A DNA stretch of 49,324 nucleotides, counting the filler, from Dirinaria sp. TL-2023a (lineage: Eukaryota), in assembly GCA_051941275.1 (NCBI GenBank). It is 2 parts of 2 records of this genome, joined end to end, with 100 filler letters (N's around TTAATTAATTAA, not from the genome) between each part and the next. Parts side by side here need not be neighbours in the genome. Positions count along the whole stretch, not along the records: positions 1 to 24,665 come from JAVEBF010000183.1; positions 24,766 to 49,324 come from JAVEBF010000184.1. One strand, 5' to 3'. A program made the translations under genes and the position numbers. Positions 21,530 through 35,458 of the stretch are shown in pieces. The number at the start of each line of letters is the position of its first letter. Within the stretch, counting starts at the first letter, position 1. Below the pieces are notes generated by a model. It ran no database searches. It worked only from the letters and a program-made list of their open reading frames with translations, and was not told where the DNA came from.

Positions 21530-23648
21530 ATGGGTAGACCAAATTACACTAACGTAAAGCGGTCTTCGTGACTCCTGCTGAGCGAAAGGCTGATGTTTAT
21601 TCCAACAGCGAAAGATTGAAGGCGTCAAACTCGGGCAAGCTGTCGCCAAAGACTTGGTGCGTTGCTGCATCCGGCATCTGAAGGGAGCACTACTAAGCAG
21701 TGCTACAGCTCAAGCGCACACCTCCTGGCTTGGGTTCTAAAGCAGCATTCAGAGACCCCGTTGTTGAGCTCGATGTCTCGGGCAAGGCTCTGGAAACTGC
21801 TGGACTCAGAGAGATTGTGCCAGCTCTAGTGGCATCGATCGAATACTCAGGGGAGAATGGTCGGGTGGTCAAGCTGGAAGAACTTTGTCTGCGGGATAAT
21901 AAGCTCGACATCTCTTCTCTACCAGCATTAAGCCAAGTAATTGAGCGAGCATCGGAGGATCTGATCGACCTTGATCTATCGCACAACCTGATCAACGTCA
22001 GTACAGAAGGAGAGGCAGCAATCTTCGAGAGCTTCTTGAGATCCTTTGCGGATTGCTGCGTCCTTCGAAGACTGGATCTTAGTGAAAATACATTGAGCCC
22101 ACGGGCCTTTGAAGTATTAACAAAAGTGTATGGGCAAGAACCCGCTGTTGACCTTATCACAGCGGACTATGCCAATGGGGGAAGCGTACCAAACAAACCA
22201 GAAACACAAACACCTGAGTCGACTAGGAAAGTCTCGAAGTCGTCTAACCTCAGCAAGCGGATCAAGAGCTTGAGTATTGCCTATGACTCGCATGAGCAGT
22301 CCGGTGAAACAAGCAGTAATGGTGCGGCTGATTCAATGAAGCTGCAGGATGATCCAAAGAAGGGTACCTGTGAGACCCTCCACATTGATGTAGCTCGCGC
22401 TTACTTGGTTCATTCACAGAAAGCAAAAGCCCCATCAAATCATACCATGCTTCTCTAGCAGATGAGCCTTTGTCTCTTTACCGTAATACCAAAGGCCTAA
22501 GATCCATCCCGTACATCATTCTGTCCGACACTGGTATGACAGAAACTTGTGCGTTGCACTTGTCGTGTGTTGTTCAGCATCATGGCATCCCAGAGCAACT
22601 TTTAGCTCATGTACCGCCGGCCAAAGCTGGCACATCCATGCAACAGCTAGTAACCTACGATAGCGAGACCCAATGTCGAGGGATAGTCTACCTTCCCAAT
22701 CCTCAGATAGGGAGTGCAGGTATGAACGCCCTACAACTTGCGGAAGTAGTAAGAAAAGGTCTTCCGGATGAGATAGATGCTGCATCAACGGAGGCTAGTC
22801 GTACATCAATCCGACCTCGTTCGTCTACGCCACGAGTATCAGACTCAAAGTCAAGTTCGTTACGATCTATTCATGGACCGCGAAGCATAATTTCAGCGAA
22901 GGATATTGATTACGATGACTCCGGTATACAAAGTGTAATGAGTGAGCTAGAGCGAGCACGACATCGCATCCAAGGAAATACTCTACGTGATGCTGGACCA
23001 CTAAGCAGTGAGCTTTGGCGTACGGCTCTCAAATTGCTATGTCTGGGACGAGCATTCTGTCCGAGCATTAGAGAAGAGCTCAGTATCACGAAGACAGCAA
23101 TCAAGGAGCAGCGAGGTGCTCTACAGGAGATATCAGACCGTGCGACAGCTCCTCCAGAACCAACCTTTGCATCGGCCGTGGTCAGTAATCTCGCTCAGAG
23201 GCCGAAATCGTTCGTGCATCGAAGTCCTAATCAGCCTCTCACGCTGCGGCTCGGACAAGAATGGCGCAACGGAAAGCTTGTACTGACGCCTATTCCATCA
23301 CCTGTATCCCCAGATCCAGTGCCGCTGGAACACCCTGCATCCTCTACACCTCCGTCACCCGAGTCGCCTCCATCACTGCCGAGCCCGCCAATCCCTGGGA
23401 CTTCAAGAGTACCCTATCGAACAAACCTTCCGTGTGGCTTATCGCAGGATGTCTGGAGGAGAATTGCGGCCTACGCTATCGACGCTAACGGTATCATGAG
23501 CGAAGCTCAGCAAGATGCCACCATGAGATGGGCCTTGGATTATCGAACTCTGACCACCGAGACGGAGTCCCTCGGAAAGCCCAGAAGCGCTCAGATCTGG
23601 AAAGTACTAGATAGTATCGAGTGCCTGACTTACGACATCAGGACTTGA
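21530..23648 (+). CDS. Leucine-rich-repeat (RNI-like) protein; exons 21530-21553, 21609-21656, 21709-22363, 22420-23648
   Basis: LxxLxLxxN repeats (LEELCLRDNKL, LIDLDLSHNLI, LRRLDLSENTL, LRSIPYIILSDTGM). The spliced N-terminus MGRPNYTN|RKIEGVKLGQAVAKDL|LKRTP joins ORFs 21700 and 22470 in frame. Confidence 0.8.
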
Positions 23649-24006
23649 ACACCTGTCGGCAGTATAGCGTGTTATGCGGAGGCTCGTAATCACGGAGGTG
23701 GTCCTATTTCCTGCAGCTTTGACGACTGCTGAACAGAAGTCTTCAGCAGCAATAGACTCAGGGACGCGATCTGCTTTCTGAAATGATGGTGCTTGATAGA
23801 TTCAGGTCGCAAGACGTCAGTGGTGGTTGAAACACTCATAGCCAAAGTTTTTCCAAGCAAGTAGCAATCGACAGGTAGCGAAACAGCAAAATCGAATCTT
23901 CATTTACACATCCAATACTCCAAACTTAAAACAAGTAGTCCCTCCCTCCTCAGAAAAAGGGGCGGGACTGTAGTAGACTTATACAAATCTAATCAGATCT
24001 AAATGA

Positions 24007-24665
<659 letters not shown>

Positions 24666-24765
24666 NNNNNNNNNNNNNNNNNNNNNNNNNNNNNNNNNNN
24701 NNNNNNNNNTTAATTAATTAANNNNNNNNNNNNNNNNNNNNNNNNNNNNNNNNNNNNNNNNNNNN
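24666..24765. other. Artificial scaffold spacer: 44 N + TTAATTAATTAA + 44 N
   Basis: Exactly 100 bp. The 12-mer is a palindrome with stop codons in all six frames, a known contig-joining linker. Confidence 0.95.
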
Positions 24766-27643
24766 CGGGTTCCACGTTGCCCTGGAGGGCCGCCTGCGAG
24801 GAGCTTGGATCGGCGAGGGTGAAGTCGTGGAAAGTAGGAGCGGCACGCGACTCTCCGCTAAATCCTCCGCCGTACGCGCGATTGTGGAGGTCCTCTTTCA
24901 TGTACTGCAAAGCCAATTTCTGGCTCTGCAGCATTTGACGCCGCTGGACGGCGCGGGCCAAGGGATCCAGAACACCTTGCGCGATGAGCTTCCGGTCGAT
25001 CATGTCTCTCAATTCGTCGTCTGAATAGTCCTTGAACGGAATTGGGTCGAGAGGTTCATCTTCGTCGTCGGTGGACGAAGCGGAGAGCATTGGGTTCGGG
25101 CCCACGGTCTCTTCGGAAGCGTCTTCGGACGCTGGACCTCCACGGTTGACAATATCTGCTTCCGTATCGCTGGAAGCTCCAGAGAGGGTGACGTTGGGCT
25201 CATCGTCGCTGAATGCCGCACGCATGATGCCACGCTCTTCCGGTGCTGCATCGGACATCATCAGCGCATCGAGATCGATGACGCCAGACTCAGAGCGAAG
25301 AGGGCTCCCTACAGGGGCCGTAGTCGCGTGGACCAACGCGGGACGCCTGGGTAGCACCGGCTCCACATCCTCGGCAGGCTGCATCTGTGGAAATACGAAA
25401 GCACGGGTATCGCGCTTCGGTTCGTGAAAGATTGGAGCCGTATCCGGGTCCGAGTCATCCGTGTCGACTGATGCAGGGAATTTCCAGGCTTTAGTGTCGC
25501 GCTTAGGCGACTTGACCTCGGTGGCATTGGCAAACGTCCAGCCCATCGTAGCACGCTTCGATTCTCTTGACTGATACCCATCATCGTCGTCGGATTGACC
25601 CGTAGAGCTGGTACCACGGTTCATACGGTTGGCCTTGATGGTGTTGACGTTTGCAAGGTCGATGTTAGGGATGGTGCTCTTGGCCTTATTGATATCGACC
25701 ACGTGAAGCTCTTTATGGCTCAAGGAAGATGAACCAGTCTCCTCGCGAAGCGGGAGGTCGGATTTGGCACGGCCGAGGCCGGGACGAGTAACTTCATTGG
25801 CTTCGGCCTTTTGATCAGACCCGCCCTTGACGTTGTAGTGATAGGGATCAAGAGCTTCATTAAAAAGACCCTGCAATGCCTTGCCACCACGTTCAACGCG
25901 ACCTTCATTCCTGATGTCGGTCTGGGGAATGATGTTGTTGGTCGGTGTGAGAAGGTCGTCATGCTGCGGTTCAGCTATCAAGGAGCCGAAGGAGGGAGAC
26001 GCTTGAGGGGTGTGCAAGTCCGGTTCAAGCAGGTAGCTATTAAAAGTGTCCTCTGCAGCTTGGGTAGCAGCTCTTACAGCGTTAGCGGCGCCACCGGCCT
26101 TGGAAACGAATCTGGTTGTTGTGGTTGTATTTGATGTTGATAGTTGAGGTTGGCCGGCAAATTGTTGGTCAAAGTTGGCAGTTGTGCTAAAATTCCATTC
26201 GTCCTCTGCATCGTTTAGATCATCAGGAAATTCGGCCGCTGAGGCGCCACCATGCACAAACAAAGACTGCCTCTGACCTCCAGACTGCTCCCATCTATAA
26301 TAATTCTTCACCAGATCGACCAGAGATGTAGTTGGATGTGAGTCCTTAGTATTTGCCACATAAGAATTCTGAAGCACTTTCTCCATTGAGGGTCTATTAG
26401 CTGGCGTTGCTTCCAACACATATGCGACCAGGTTAGCCAGACCCTCCGAATGGCTTGCTTTCTTCAGTCTTGGAGGATCCCGCGTCAAGGAAATACCCAG
26501 CATTCGTCCCGGTGCGGTATATGGAAATGGTGGTAGGCCGGTAGCTATTTCATATAAAGTGCAGCCGTACGCCCAAACATCGACCTACACGAGCCATCAG
26601 GAACAGTTCACATTAGATTAGCTGACATCGATGGATAGGACAAACCTCGGTACCATAGCTAAGGCCTTCAGGAGGTGCGTTCTTGTGCAGCTCCGGAGCC
26701 ATCCAATGCGGTGTACCAATGACGGTAGATCTCTTGTCAATGCCGGTCTGGAAAAACCCGGCGACTCCGAAGTCGATGATTTGCAGCATTCCCTTCTCAT
26801 GGATCATGACATTGGCAGCCTTAATATCTCTATGGATAATGCCAGCTTCGTGTATGGCTTTTAAACCGATCGCTAGCTCACGGGCGATTGGAACGATGTA
26901 TTTCTCTTCGATTCTGTTTGAAGTCGCGCGCATCTTTTCAAAGTCAGTATACTGTTGTTCAAGACTACATGCACATTCCAAAGCACGAATAGTTCTGATG
27001 CGCTCAAATTGTACTTTGAGCGATCTTAACTCAAGAAAGAATAAACCAACAGTGTTGTTGAGAGAACACCCGACGGCTAGGGAATGAAAAGCACTAGTCA
27101 ACGGCTCTCTTGTACTTACAAGAGTATGGACGCTGCCGCCAGGGCAATAGTCACTCACGATCCAAAGCTGAGAATGGATCTGGAAAGCCTCGAAGAACGG
27201 GTTGATATTTTTGGCTTTGGCGTCCTGCAACCGGTGCTGGACGTGTATCTCGTGGAGCGTGACCTCGATACTGTCGTCTTTGGCAGCGGGATTCACTTTG
27301 TAGTCCTGCGAGTCTACGTCGATAACTTTGACAGCCGCGACTCGGTTGTGCTTCAGATCGTGTCTTTTTCGGCCGTCACGTCAGTCATCTTTCTGGACCT
27401 TGAGAGCACCGGTCCCGAGAAGGCATATGAGAAGGATGCTTACGCTTTGAATACGCGGCCATAGGAGCCTTTGCCAATCAGTTCGTGGAAGTCATACTTA
27501 GGAAACTCCAGCCCGTTGCGTCGAAGCTTTTCAGCGATGACTGCTTGCTGCTCGTGGGCAACACGGATCGTCTCCGCTTTCTGACGCGTCATATTGTTGC
27601 TACCCAGAGGATCGAGGTACGCTCTTAGTTGGGTTGCCGCCAT
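24766..27643 (-). CDS. STE20/GCK-family Ser/Thr kinase (Nak1/Kic1/POD-6-like), 3'-truncated by the gap; exons 27643-27444, 27363-27120, 26933-26646, 26584-<24766
   Basis: IGKGSYGRVFK, AAVKVID, SDYCPGGSV, HRDIKAAN, DFG, GTPHWMAPE and VDVWAYG. HRDIKAAN and GTPxWMAPE are STE20-type signatures. Long disordered C-terminus. Confidence 0.9.
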
Positions 27644-28902
27644 GGTGAGGCTCAGGGTCGATACGGATCCTTTGGAAGAGTACTGTGAGGGATCGGGTTC
27701 AGATCGTGTCAAGCGTCTATTCTTGAAGAGGGTGACAGCTTCAGAAGTGATGCGTACAGCAACGAGATTGATGTCTTCAATACTGCAACTGGACCTTTAG
27801 GCTGGTTGTCCCAACGTGAGCAGGGCCATGAGGAAGATATTGAGAGAGCGAAAAGGTAGGTCAAAGTCTTGATCTTGGACGATTTGAGCAATGATGAGGA
27901 AGGTACACAAGATCAAGCCAGCGTCTTCTTATCCCCACACCCATTACTTGTTGATCTTAGAGAAAGCTGGACATTACTTGCAGCCCCCCTCCTCCCTCCA
28001 ATGCTTTTTTCCCTTGCTCAACTTTTCAGCATCTGTTCCTTGGGAATATTTAGTTTACACAGAAGAACTCATTCAATCCAAGGTACAGAAAAAGTCGACG
28101 ACGAGAATGACAGGGGGCTTGTCTACATCCTACAGATACTGTCTTTGATGATGCTCAGCTGCTTCTGAGGACAATGGATGTCTTGGCAGAGTCGTGGCCA
28201 CTTACCGCATTGGTGATAGCGTAAATTGAGATAAAGCGACACCGGGCAGGTGCAACTGTGCAAATACCATCGACTCGCTTAATTCCTAGCGTCCCTTCTT
28301 CGGAGCAAAAACTCAAACAATTCAAATAATGACATCAAATAATGCCTGCTTTCTCAGACAACAAATCATGAGGCCTGACTATCCAAGATGAAGCCTGTCC
28401 AATTATTTGATCGGCCATCTGACTCCTCTGCACCTACCCATAGATTGAGACTTGACCCACCCAAGTATTGGAAAGCAGCTGGAAATCCACTGGTCATATA
28501 AGTCTTACAGGCGAAATCACAGAGAAAGCAAGCCTTGATATACACACAAGACAGGTCCTTTTCTATTGTTTTTAAGGACTTCATGAAGCGGAAGTCGAAA
28601 GCGAGATATAGTAAACAGAGTCAATGGCGGTTCAGTGATATTCAGCAGTCTGAGCACCGTCGTAAATGTTCTCCTTTTCTTGTAGCACTTTGACTCAAAT
28701 TCAGATCCTAGCCTAGTATGCAAACCGTAAATTCTAAACGCTATCCAGTAGGTCATCTGTTACGAACATCGCGGCGCCTTCTACAAGCAAGATTTCAGTA
28801 GGGTTATAACCAATCCCAGCGTGTTATATTTCAGTCCTGTTCTAGAGAGTCTCCAACATACAGTTCATGGAGCAGGGAACACGGCGGAAGCGAATCTGCT
28901 TG

Positions 28903-31853
28903 TCAGACGACTTTCACGAACCCGATCTCCACTAACTTATCCACATCGAGATTGAGGTTAGCCACTTTGGTTCCAGTGTTGCCTCGCAGCCACAAGAAAG
29001 CTGCCAATACGATCCTCCGGGCCCAGTCCTTAGCATGCCGGCCTTCTCGGATACGCATTTGCTCCTTCCCCACTACGTAGATGACTTGGTCTTCGTAGGC
29101 TTCCTGTAGACTATCCAGGCGCTGACGTACTGCCTGTTCCATACTTCTTCGCTGCTGAAGCTTGATACTTCCATCAGTCAAGGGAAGTGTGCTGGCGGGA
29201 ACCGAAGAAGAGCTTGTCTCTGCACTCGAAGCTGCGTTCGGCGTAAACTTTTCAGCAGGTGGAGAACTAGCTTCGCGGATGATAAAGCTGCGCACTTGTT
29301 CCATCAGAATCATTCCTAGATCCGGACTTACGACTTCATCGGTGTATCCGTGACGGAGCGTAACGCGGAAGATGCTCTGCACTGGAGCGAAGCCGTCAAG
29401 ATCAGAGAAACAACGGGATACGGTGAATCGCTCCTTCACGTCTACAGTCGGCCTTGGTAGAGGGCGGATATGAAAAAAGACTGCTACTGCTGGTGTTGCC
29501 CGGAACTTCTGTAGGAATTGCTGATAGACTATAGGGGTGCCGGCAGGATTACAACTCTTGTCGAAGAATATGCCCATTCCTTTGATCGGTGAGATTATAG
29601 ATCCTCCGAGGCCAGCAGCAAGTCGGATGCCAGTAGAGGCGGGATCGCCAGCAGCGTCCCCTTGATTAGCGCCGCGTATGGGCTTCGAGAATAGTTTGGA
29701 AAGGGACAGCCGTCCAGACGCTTCTGCCTTCCATTGGTTTTCTTTGCCGTATCTCCACAGAATGAAGATGCTCGAGAGAAGAATAGCGAGCACGAGGGTA
29801 AACCAAGCGCCATCAGGGATCTTAGTAAGTGCAGACGAGAGGTAGAGACCATCAAGGGCGCCAAAAACCAGAAAGCCGAAAAGCACCAGGAACATCGGCA
29901 GTCGCCAGACAATAACAGCAACTAGAGAAACCATTGAGGTAGTAATGAATGTCACAAGGATAACGCACACGCCATACGCTTCGCCCAGTTTGGTGGTCTA
30001 GAAATCTGATCAGCGTTTTCTGAAAGCGACGATAGTGCGGCAAGATGACGATATAGTTACGCACATTATTGTAAGCCGCAGTGACAACTATCGTGCCGAC
30101 CATGAGCAGCCAATTCACCCAAGGAATGTAGATCTGTCCGTGGAAGATCTTAGATGTATGCACCACCTTGATCTGCGGGAAATAGGACAGCTTGATTATC
30201 TGTGAAAGAAGCTGGAACGTCGCAGTGATCATAGTCTGTGAAGCTATGACAGCTGCAAGTATAGCGACAACTAGACTAGGGTAGAACATTCCTGGTGGCA
30301 CTGCGTTGAAGAAGGGATTGGAAAAGGCATCTCCATTCTTGCTGATATACGCAGCTTGTCCCGTATACTGGTAGCAATCAACATCGATAACCCAGCTACA
30401 CGACTATGAACGAGTACCTACGGCTAATAGCAGACATGGATAGGCAAAGCACAGCCACGACAGCTGGATTGCGCTGTAAGTGTATCAGAAGTACGTGCTA
30501 CATATCGAATTTGTAGAGAGCTTACCTCCTGCTAAAGGCCCCTAGGTCCGCGAATAGGGCCTCGACGCCTGTAAAAGCGAGCAGTATGCCACCGAGGGAT
30601 CTCCAGCCGTCCGTCTTGTTGCGCACAAGGTAATTCCCGGCAAAGAATGGGGAGAACGCTTTTAGCACCGTATGATCATAGTGGACTAGGTTCTGTATCA
30701 AGCGGTCAGCAAAATAACTAAGCTTCCGTGAATGATGGCGAACGAACATAGATTCCGAACGACATGTTGAAAATCAGCCAGACCATGACAACAGGAGCGA
30801 AAGCAGTAGCAATCTTAGTTGTGCCGAAAGGTTGAATTAGGAACAGGAGAATCAAGATGCCGCAAGACGTTCCCACAATAGTCGCTGTAGACATATCTTC
30901 ATTCACAACTTTGAGGCTTGAGACACCGCATTAGTGACACTGGCTCTTCAATAGCCAAGGGGGTTTTCTGTTCACCCTTGAATGGCTCCAAGTACAGACT
31001 GGGCCGGAGTCAAGACGCCGTCTATGTCTGGTCAGGAACCTAGAATGCCTAGCATTTGGAAGACACCAACCAGACATGACTAGTGAAACGCCTAAAACAC
31101 CAATGATCTTCAAAATCGTCTTGATGAGGACGCTTCTTTCTATGAAAGCACGAGCAGTCCTGCTAGCCGGTTTCAGATCCGAAGTCAATGTCCTTTCCAT
31201 CTTGATGTTCATCTCTTCTCTAGGGTCCCGCCTTACGATGTTTGCCTATCGGAGAATCCTGGTTAGCACCCCTCTCTGCGTTGATCGTTTCCAATCTACA
31301 TACATGTCGTGAGAGCAGCGAGTATACAGCGAACGTCCCTCCTTCTCCTTCATCGTCCGCTCTTAGCACGATGAGGACGTATTTAATGCTAACCATAAGC
31401 GTGAGGGTCCAGATGATGAGTGAGAGTGCTCCGAGCAGATCATCACGGCTGGGATTGTTGGTGAAAGTCGAGGAGTACACGTATAGAGGGCTGGTTCCAA
31501 TGTCTCCGTAGATGACACCAATTGACTGATACGCAAGCCTAAATAACGATCAACTCGTATACTTGCAAGCTCAAACATGCGTATAGCCACCATAGAAGCT
31601 GTTTCCTGCTGAAATTCTACGGCCCAGTCAGCCAAGATCAGCATATGGGTAGCCTCGCAGGGAGCTAGACTTGTCTCGTCTTCAAATCCTCGGTGTTGTG
31701 CCATTCTTCAGCTTCTTTGTCTACAATAAAAGCGCCGGTCTTTTGATCACCCACAGACATCACATGATGATCGACCAGATTTTCGGCGTGGCCAGAGTGC
31801 TGGCCTGTAGCATCAGCCTCGTTCATGGCTTCAATACGATCTGAAGTTTGCAT
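28903..31853 (-). CDS. HAK1: KUP/HAK/KT family high-affinity K+ transporter; 10 exons (31853-31671, 31616-31591, 31538-31304, 31245-31071, 31021-30976, 30916-30748, 30692-30526, 30473-30422, 30367-30065, 29997-28903)
   Basis: [67 protein letters not shown] and [12 protein letters not shown] are KUP/HAK signatures. Confidence 0.93.
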
Positions 31854-33038
31854 TTCGAAGGTCTGATGCAGTAGCGACCAAGAATGACTTGTGGGAATGA
31901 AGAAAGAGGAGCAACTGAGACGCCCGGCGGGCGAGAGGAAACTTCAAGGGAAAGAGATAAAGGTCCCTGACGGCAGAAAGCAGGGCAAGCTCGAAACTTG
32001 CGTGATCAGGGACAAAGGGTTGCCTCGTTGCATGCACAGACCGAGGGGACCCTGGGTGTTGAGGCTGTGAGCATGCATGATCGCAGCAAGCAGATTGGCG
32101 GGAGACAATAATAATAATGGAGAGGTTCATGCTTATCGCGTGGATGGTGTCGAGACAGAGTTGATCAGGTGATCAGGATGTGAAGAGCCAGAAAATGCCT
32201 CATTTTAGCCACACCCTCGAGACCCTCAATGGTGAGTGTAGTATGGCGGAGGGGCCGCTCATTCCAGTTTACAGTATGGATTTACGGAATGGGAAAAGGA
32301 TTAGACGAGGGATGATAGACTTCGCCCAATCATGCTCGCGAGCAGCTCGGCAGCGCCAAGGACACTTTCATGGTCAATTCGGATACTTGCTTGCAGCATG
32401 ACCTCATCCGACTGATAGGCTTGTGTCTGAGAACAGGAGCATCAACGACCCAATACATTCAGATAGTTGAGGCAGGAGTAAGCGTTACGACTGCAGCCAA
32501 AATTCTCCGTGGTTTAAGTACAGTAGCCTTGATCGGTTATGCAGTACCCGCTCCATCGGGGATTAATATCTGTGGTCCACAAAATTTGGAGGAAGTGTAG
32601 CCGAAGAGGTATCAGCATGATGTTGCACGCATGCGATAAACGGTGGTGGGGTCGGAGGGTCAAGTCAGGTAGGGTAACGAAACATTAATTGTTTGGCTGG
32701 TGGCACTTCTACATATATCACTGGCGAATTCTGCATGGCATCATACTGCAACGTTGGGCTGCTGAATCCATGCCAAGTCATGTACATTGTTCCCAGCCTT
32801 GATTTGGTCAAGTATCTCGATTTTTGGACGAGTGGGCTGAATCTCTTGGGTATATGATTTTAGTATTGCTTAATCCGTCCTCAATGATCACGCTCATGCA
32901 AATCATGTCGCAAATGTTCAACCGCTCAAATGCCCCGACGTCCAGATGCTGAAGCTTTTCCCGGCCTCCAAGATGCGAAATGCATGGCAACGCCTTCAAC
33001 ATGCGTATGTAGTACCTTCATGCAACGATGTGGACTTT

Positions 33039-35095
33039 TCAAACGGAGTCTTTCGAGACATCGGTTGCGGTGTCCTCCTCTATCTGGCTGTCTTCGGCCC
33101 CGTCGTCCTCGCTATCACTCTCCAATTCACCATCTGGCCGGGGCGGTGGCCCCGTCCATTGCCTGCAATCTCCATCCACCCACATCTTGCTCCTCGGTAA
33201 CATTATTGGATCGAAGGGGAAGAATGCGTCGAGATAGTGGTGATCCTCGCCATTTCGCGAGCTCAGGACTGTTTCGCGGCCGGGTTGTCCATACGCACTT
33301 AAGGATGTCGAACTCGAGAATTGGGAAACGTGGATACGCTTGTTTGTTTCCAGCAAACCGTAGACGTAGATGACGCCGAGGTGGTTGGCTATCTCCGCAA
33401 ACTGCTCGACAAGGTCTGGCTGGCATACCTTGAGTGGATTAAGCTTCGTCCCGAAAATGTTCATCGTTAGGGTCTCTTTGACACCAGTTCTCCATTGGTG
33501 TCCGATAACAGATGGCGATAAGGCGTCTTCGTCCTCGTCTTCGTCCTCGTCGTTAGGATCATGTCTCAGGTCTCGCCAACGGAAACAGAAGATGTATAGC
33601 GCCGCTTGTACTAGGCAGTAGTATGGTGCGTACCGCCGCACATTGGGGCCTCGGCAGTCTGGCTCATACTGCGCACGCAAGCGATCAAGTTCGATGCTGA
33701 TCAAGTCGAATACGTCATGCACAATACTGGCCGGCACATGTACTCCTCGAGCGACGAAACTAGCAAGATAAGCTGCTCCAGCCTGGCGTACAGTAGCCGG
33801 CTGCTTTTTATCAAAGGCGGTGCTAATACACGTGCCGACGAAAGTGTCGATAAACTCCAGCGAGGTCTGCGCAAAGTGGAATAGCAAGAATTGGGTGTGC
33901 CTTGATCGCTGAGAAGGTAGAATGATTGTCATGAAGTGCGACAACAGGGTATCTCGAGCAGCCAGTCGAACGTCTGCAGATTCGGCCTGAAAATCTTCGT
34001 TGTAGCGCTTAAACAGCAAATCAAGCATCATGTCTACCTTATTTGCATTCCGCTTGATATCCCTCGCTCTTTGAGTGTCTTCGTCATCTGTGTCTACGCT
34101 TGAGTCCGTATCATCGCCGCTGTCATCAGAGTCATCGACACTGCCATTGCCGTCCTGGCGTATTAACGCTATGCCCTGAGCCAGTCCGTCTTTACCATCA
34201 GCTTCGAGGTCTTCGTAGTCAACTTGAACTTGGACATCAATTTTGACTAGTCGATCCGTGATTAGGGATAACAGATCGGTTTTGAGAGCCGGTTCGTATG
34301 CCATAATTTGAAATAGGTTCTGAACGTATACGAGATGGCTTCTTGGTGAGTCATCTTGATGGGGAAATTGGTTGACCAAAACCGAAGACAGGACAAAGCT
34401 TGCTGATGGAATGGATCCCAAGAGACATCGGAGAGCGAAGTGGACTCGTCGGTAAACCTGTGCGCGTGAGACAGCTGGGAAGCCAGGTAGATTTCCATCT
34501 GACGGTGGCGCTAGGTGTCTTGTGAGCGATAGCACGCGAATTTAAGGCTGGGGCTCGCCTTACTAACGCCCAGATTCTCCACCAGCATCAGGAGCGCATC
34601 CGCGAGGAAGTTTCCTTGAGCTGACGCAACATTTACAAGAAGGCGCACATAGATCTTTATATAGTCGTCCTCACGACCTAACCATTCGCTATTCAATACA
34701 GAGTGTACGAGGTCCGAACACGATCTATTGAGCGAAGACACGTTGCTAAGGAGCGCGCTGGCGTAACTCCTCATTGTCGCAGGTATAACGTTCTTAGTTT
34801 CTTCACCTCTTGCATCGAAGACACTCTTGAGTTCGTTGTAGGCAGCCTTGTCACCTTGCGCATGGCTCTGGATGGCTCTTCGAACACCTTCCGAGATAAC
34901 TTCCGGAGCTCTCTCCCAGCCATGTGGATCCCGTACCTCAACGGTCTCGTCGAATGTGACCTTCCCGCGCTTTGTAGGTACAGGTGAGCTGCCATCGTCA
35001 ATCTGGTTGCGCTTGCCGATGAGGGTTGTTGGGCGAGTCAGAGATTTCGTGGCCGCCGGGGCAGAGCCCGCAGGCCGAGGTGTGATGGAAATCAT
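33039..35095 (-). CDS. RRN3: RNA polymerase I transcription initiation factor Rrn3; exons 35095-34564, 34510-33039
   Basis: LITDRLVKIDVQVQ, RSRHTQFLLFH, AAYLASFVARG, QAALYIFCFRWRDL, LNPLKVC and LDAFFPFDP. Confidence 0.92.
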
Positions 35096-35197
35096 AGGGA
35101 CTAGTAACAAATGGCATATCAAGGTCGAAGTATAAGTGCGCGGCAATTGCCAGGTATGCTGGTTTGGATGCTGGATCTGATCTGTGATACAAGGAAA

Positions 35198-35285
35198 GAT
35201 AAATTTTTTGTGTTAGAGCGGGAGTGGGATGGCACCGTGGAACTAACACTAAGCGACCTTAGGGCAGAGCTAAGAACATCACGTG
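35198..35285. promoter_or_regulatory. RRPE-like AAAAATTT element and CACGTG E-box upstream of RRN3
   Basis: gataaattttttg at 35198-35210 and cacgtg at 35280-35285. The RRPE link to ribosome-biogenesis genes is known from yeasts, so function here is inferred only. Confidence 0.3.
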
Positions 35286-35458
35286 CTGATAATGACTCGA
35301 TGCAATGGAAGTGAATTTCGATTCCTATTCACTTGGCGGGCAGGGTCGGATAGAACCCATGTTCATCTATTCCACTGTAGGTATCTATCTCGTAAGAAGC
35401 AATGTCCCGCAGATCGTCCCATGGTTTGGACCGAGCATGCAGAGCAGCATATCATGAT

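Noticed and set aside
24710..24721. TTAATTAATTAA palindrome as a biological site
   Set aside because: It is centred in a symmetric 100-bp N spacer, so it is an assembly linker.
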